DNA of 64,000 nucleotides from Bacilli bacterium (GTDB lineage Bacteria; Bacillota_I; Bacilli_A; RF39; UBA660): NCBI GenBank assembly GCA_017513865.1, contig JAFWMN010000008.1, positions 15,232 to 79,231 of the forward strand, read 5' to 3'. Shown piece by piece: positions 60,394 to 64,000 of this stretch (position 1 is its first letter; each line of letters starts with the position of its first letter). The notes under the pieces were generated by a model. It saw only the letters and a program-made list of their open reading frames with translations, ran no database searches and was not told where the DNA came from. The position numbers and the translations under genes were made by a program.

Positions 60394-61447
60394 AAATAAA
60401 ATTGATTTTAAACTTATCAATGCAGCCCTTTTAGTTTTTATAATTTATTTAATATATCAAACTAAAGACTTTTGGTTTGGAATATTAGGGGTTGCTGCTA
60501 AGATATTATTTCCATTTTTTATAGCTTTTGTTTTGGCTTACGCTATATATCCATTAGTTAGAAAACTTACAAATAAAAAGATTCCTAAGGCTTTAGCAAT
60601 TATCATTGTTGTTTTCAGTGTTCTAGCTATTTTAGCCCTTCTTATTTCTTTAATTACCCCTCTTTTAACAACGCAGATGAGAAGTTTGTTTGATGGCATT
60701 GTAACTTTCTTAAAAGAACTTTCATTGAATTATAATGTTAATTTTAAAGATATTCAAGATTCTTTATCAGTTAATTTTGATAATATTTTAGAAAAAGTAG
60801 GTACTTATATTTCTAATGGGGCAATTAGTTTTATAAGTGTTTCTTTAGATTATATTTCAAAAATATTTGTCATTTTTGCTTTATTTATCTATTTTTTAGT
60901 AGATATGGATAAGATAAGAGAATTTTTGAAAGATTATTTGCACATGAAATCAGAAAAGATGTTTAATTATATTAAAGCATTAGATGATGAAATGGAAAAA
61001 TATTTATCTGGTTTTATAAAAATTGTATTTATTTCATTTTTTGAATACACAATTATTTATTCAATAATTGGTCATCCTAATGCTCTTCTTTTAGGTGGTT
61101 TAGCAGCTTTTGGAAATTTAATTCCTTATTTTGGAGGAATTATAACCAATATTATAGCTGCTATAACAGCTTTTGTTATTAGTCCAGCCTTATTTGTTAA
61201 AACGTGTATCGTATTTATGATATTCTCTTCAATTGATGGCTATGTAATTAATCCTCTTGTTTATGGAAAAACTAATCAAGTCCATCCGCTTATTGTAATT
61301 TCTTCAGTGTTTATTGGTGGCATACTTTTTGGAATAATTGGTATAATTATTGCTTTACCGTTTTCTATTTTAATAATCGCAACTTTAAAGTTTTTTAAAA
61401 ATGATTTAATTAAAATGAAAGAAAAGAGAACAAAAAATAAAGAGTAA
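60386..61447 (+). CDS. AI-2E family transporter
   Basis: PFFIAFVLAY..P, NLIPYFG, INPLVYG...VHP. Confidence 0.88.
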   Translation: MIKNKIDFKLINAALLVFIIYLIYQTKDFWFGILGVAAKILFPFFIAFVLAYAIYPLVRKLTNKKIPKALAIIIVVFSVLAILALLISLITPLLTTQMRSLFDGIVTFLKELSLNYNVNFKDIQDSLSVNFDNILEKVGTYISNGAISFISVSLDYISKIFVIFALFIYFLVDMDKIREFLKDYLHMKSEKMFNYIKALDDEMEKYLSGFIKIVFISFFEYTIIYSIIGHPNALLLGGLAAFGNLIPYFGGIITNIIAAITAFVISPALFVKTCIVFMIFSSIDGYVINPLVYGKTNQVHPLIVISSVFIGGILFGIIGIIIALPFSILIIATLKFFKNDLIKMKEKRTKNKE

Positions 61448-61506
61448 CAATTTAAGTTATTTAGACACTTTTTTTAAAGTGTCTTTTTTATACTTAAACT
61501 GGTGAT

Positions 61507-62280
61507 GTGATGACAGTATATATAGACGGGCTTTTATTTTTAAATTTTTTCTTTGATTTTTTACTTCTTTTGACAACAGATATTATTTTAAAGAGAAATG
61601 TAAAATTATTTAGAATAATATTGGGGGCTTTTGTAGGAAGTTTATCAATATTGGTTTTGTTTTTTAATATTAACAGTTTTTACCTTTTTATAGTTAAATT
61701 CTTATTGGGATTTTTGATATGTTTTATATGTTTTGGCTTTAAAAATGTAAAATACTTTTTAGTTAATTTTTTTTCTTTTTATATAGTTAGTATTATACTT
61801 GGTGGATTTTTGTATTATTTAAATTTAGAATTTAGTTATAAACATAAGGGACTTATTTTTTATCATAAAGGGATTTCAATAAATGTTATTTTTTTAGTTA
61901 TATTCACGCCAATTATTTTATATATTTATATTAAGCAAATAAAAATGTTTAAAAATAAAGGTGTTAATTTATATAAAGTAAATATTTATATAGGAAAAGA
62001 AATTCTTAATTTAAATGGTTATTTAGATACAGGAAATACTTTATTTTTCAAAGGTAGACCAGTAATTATTACAAATATAGATAATAGATTTAGAAACAAG
62101 AAATTTTTAGTTCCTTATAATACGGTTGATGGTGTTAATTTACTTTCGTGTATAAAGGTTAGAAAAGTAGAGGTTATTGGTTTAGGGGAATTTAAAAATG
62201 TATATATGGGTTTTAAAAATGTGAGTGTTTTAGGAGTAGACGTTTTACTTAATGGAATGATGGGAGGATATAATGATTAA
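61507..62280 (+). CDS. spoIIGA: Pro-sigmaE processing aspartyl protease SpoIIGA
   Basis: VYID..FLNF..D N-terminus, TM helices, LDTGN catalytic motif; upstream of sigE. Confidence 0.9.
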   Translation: MMTVYIDGLLFLNFFFDFLLLLTTDIILKRNVKLFRIILGAFVGSLSILVLFFNINSFYLFIVKFLLGFLICFICFGFKNVKYFLVNFFSFYIVSIILGGFLYYLNLEFSYKHKGLIFYHKGISINVIFLVIFTPIILYIYIKQIKMFKNKGVNLYKVNIYIGKEILNLNGYLDTGNTLFFKGRPVIITNIDNRFRNKKFLVPYNTVDGVNLLSCIKVRKVEVIGLGEFKNVYMGFKNVSVLGVDVLLNGMMGGYND

Positions 62281-62959
62281 TTGGATTAAAAAATTATTTA
62301 ATAGGTTTTTTAGTAATGGTGTGTATTTTATAGGTAGTGCGGATAAACTTCCAGCGCCTTTATCTAAAGAGGAAGAAGTTAAGTTTGTAACTTTAGCATT
62401 AGAAGGTGATGATTTTGCACGAGCCAAATTAATTGAACACAATCTTAGGTTAGTTGTTTTTTTGGCTAAAAAATATGAAAATACCGGTGTTGATTTAGAA
62501 GATTTAGTGAGTATTGGAAGTGTTGGTTTAATTAAGGGAGTTAATACATATAAATTAGGGAAAAACATTAAACTTGCAACTTATGCTTCTAGGTGTATAG
62601 ATAATGAAATTTTAATGTTTTTGAGAAAAAATAAAAGACGAAGAGGAGAGGTGAGTTTTGAAGATAGTTTAAGTTATGATGCTGAAGGAAATGAACTTCA
62701 TTTAGAAGATGTACTAGGAACCGATGAAGATATTGTTACAAAAGGTCTTGAAGAAGAAACTGAAAAAAACTTGGTTTATAGTGAAATAAAAAAATTAAAT
62801 GATAGGGATAAAAAAATTATGATAATGAGGTATGGTCTTTTTAATCATGAGGAAAGGACTCAGAAAGATGTTGCTAAAATTTTAGGTATTAGTCAATCAT
62901 ATATTTCGAGAATCGAGAAAAAAGTTATTAGAAAACTTAAACAATTAGATAAAAGTTAA
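62273..62959 (+). CDS. sigE: Sporulation sigma factor SigE (with pro-sequence)
   Basis: YFIG...LPAPL, NLRLVV, IKLATYASRCIDNEILM, GISQSYISR. Confidence 0.93.
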   Translation: MINWIKKLFNRFFSNGVYFIGSADKLPAPLSKEEEVKFVTLALEGDDFARAKLIEHNLRLVVFLAKKYENTGVDLEDLVSIGSVGLIKGVNTYKLGKNIKLATYASRCIDNEILMFLRKNKRRRGEVSFEDSLSYDAEGNELHLEDVLGTDEDIVTKGLEEETEKNLVYSEIKKLNDRDKKIMIMRYGLFNHEERTQKDVAKILGISQSYISRIEKKVIRKLKQLDKS

Positions 62960-63024
62960 ATTAAAAATTTGACTTTTTTTATTGAAAATATATAATAGTA
63001 GTAATTTTTAGGGGGGAAAAATAT

Positions 63025-63708
63025 ATGGAAAAGGAAGATTTAAAATTGCAAAGACGTTTTCATAATGTCTTTAAAGCTTTTGATTATGTTGTTGATGATG
63101 GAGAAAAAATGGTTTCTCTTTTAGATAGTTATGATGAACAACCTAAAAAGTACGATGTCATGTTTATAATGTGGCTTAGAGATGCGGTTAAGTGTAGAAG
63201 TAACTTAAAAAAATTAGCTGAAGATTTTATAAAAAATAATTTAGATACTTCAGAGATTGATCTAAAAATTTCTTATTTAAATGATATGATTGATTTTACA
63301 AATAATCGTTATGATTGTATTTATGAACGAAATTGGGCATTAGATGCTTTAGATAAACTAGAAGTTGATTTAACGAATTTTAATAATCAGTTTGAAGTAC
63401 TTTCAATGCGAATAAGATTGCTAGATCGTCCTATCCATTATGTATTAACTTTTTACAATAATATGGTAAATTTATTGGAATCTGGAAATAGACTTTATGA
63501 AAATTTATTTGAATTTAAAAGTAAAACTAAATTCTTAAATAGTTATTCTTCTTTTGATGTTGATGAAGCGTTATATGATCTTGACAAGAAAATCGATACT
63601 ATAGAAAATGTTTATATGCCAATTTTTGAATTTGAACCTTATAATTTTAATAATTCTTTAGAAAATGTGAAAAAGCATTCTTTATCTAAAGAAAAAGTTA
63701 ACAGTTAA
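63025..63708 (+). CDS. Hypothetical protein
   Basis: 227-aa ORF with G-rich RBS, no recognised motif. Confidence 0.6.
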   Translation: MEKEDLKLQRRFHNVFKAFDYVVDDGEKMVSLLDSYDEQPKKYDVMFIMWLRDAVKCRSNLKKLAEDFIKNNLDTSEIDLKISYLNDMIDFTNNRYDCIYERNWALDALDKLEVDLTNFNNQFEVLSMRIRLLDRPIHYVLTFYNNMVNLLESGNRLYENLFEFKSKTKFLNSYSSFDVDEALYDLDKKIDTIENVYMPIFEFEPYNFNNSLENVKKHSLSKEKVNS

Positions 63709-63781
63709 TTCTTGTAAAGGAATTAGCTTTTTTCTTGTTTCATATTTTAATTTAATATATAATGATAATAGGAGGTATTAT

Positions 63782-64000
63782 ATGGAAGAAAAACAATCGA
63801 TAATTACATATAAATTCTTATTATCACTTATTATTATTTCAATAGGTTCATTAATTGCGGCAGCTTCTTTAGAACTTATTTTAATTCCTAATTTAATGAT
63901 TGATGGTGGAATTAATGGTATTTCAATTATTTTTAACAGGTTATGTGGTGGTTCATTGGGACTTACAGTATTTATTTTTAATTTACCATTTATCATTTTA
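63782..64000 (+). CDS. YitT family membrane protein, 3'-truncated by window edge
   Basis: AGGAGG RBS; LIPNLMIDGGINGISII...FNLPF. Confidence 0.85.
   Translation, partial: MEEKQSIITYKFLLSLIIISIGSLIAAASLELILIPNLMIDGGINGISIIFNRLCGGSLGLTVFIFNLPFIIL

Noticed and set aside
63778-63996. Minus-strand 72-aa ORF at the window end
   Set aside because: Shadow of the plus-strand YitT-family gene starting at 63782.

Overview
Very AT-rich chromosomal segment from a reduced-genome, endospore-forming member of the Bacilli. The gene content suggests an uncultured RF39/UBA660-like gut lineage (inference only). It uses standard code 11. Most of the window is compacted Bacillus-like core: RNase J, miaB, cotE, rpsP-khpA, dacF, yqeG-yqeH, murJ-like, clpC-like, 4 tRNAs, murG-murB-divIB-ftsA-ftsZ, radC-mreC-mreD-spoIVFA/FB-rplU-prp-rpmA, nusB-xseAB, lexA, tgt, spoVB, rel-dtd and spoIIGA-sigE. 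I see no integrase, transposase, reverse transcriptase or CRISPR array. The most interesting signals lie below the ORF-track cutoff or in lineage-specific genes. (1) Two sequence-unrelated but architecturally matching candidate type I toxin-antitoxin loci bracket an ABC transporter; each has a tiny hydrophobic peptide, a 5'-3' long-range helix and a convergent antisense promoter with terminator. (2) Two dispersed paralogous Cys-rich surface proteins have foreign codon usage and hypervariable C-termini resembling diversity-generating retroelement (DGR) variable regions. (3) There is an unannotated 45-aa, 12-Cys metallothionein-like gene. (4) LexA boxes sit inside the promoters of an unannotated 45-aa membrane peptide (YneA/SosA position) and of a Bro-N gene. 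(5) A racemase/D-Asp ligase/amidotransferase operon carries an atypical Alr-family racemase. (6) A membrane protein has five 47-aa basic repeats. All calls come from manual reading; no searches were run.
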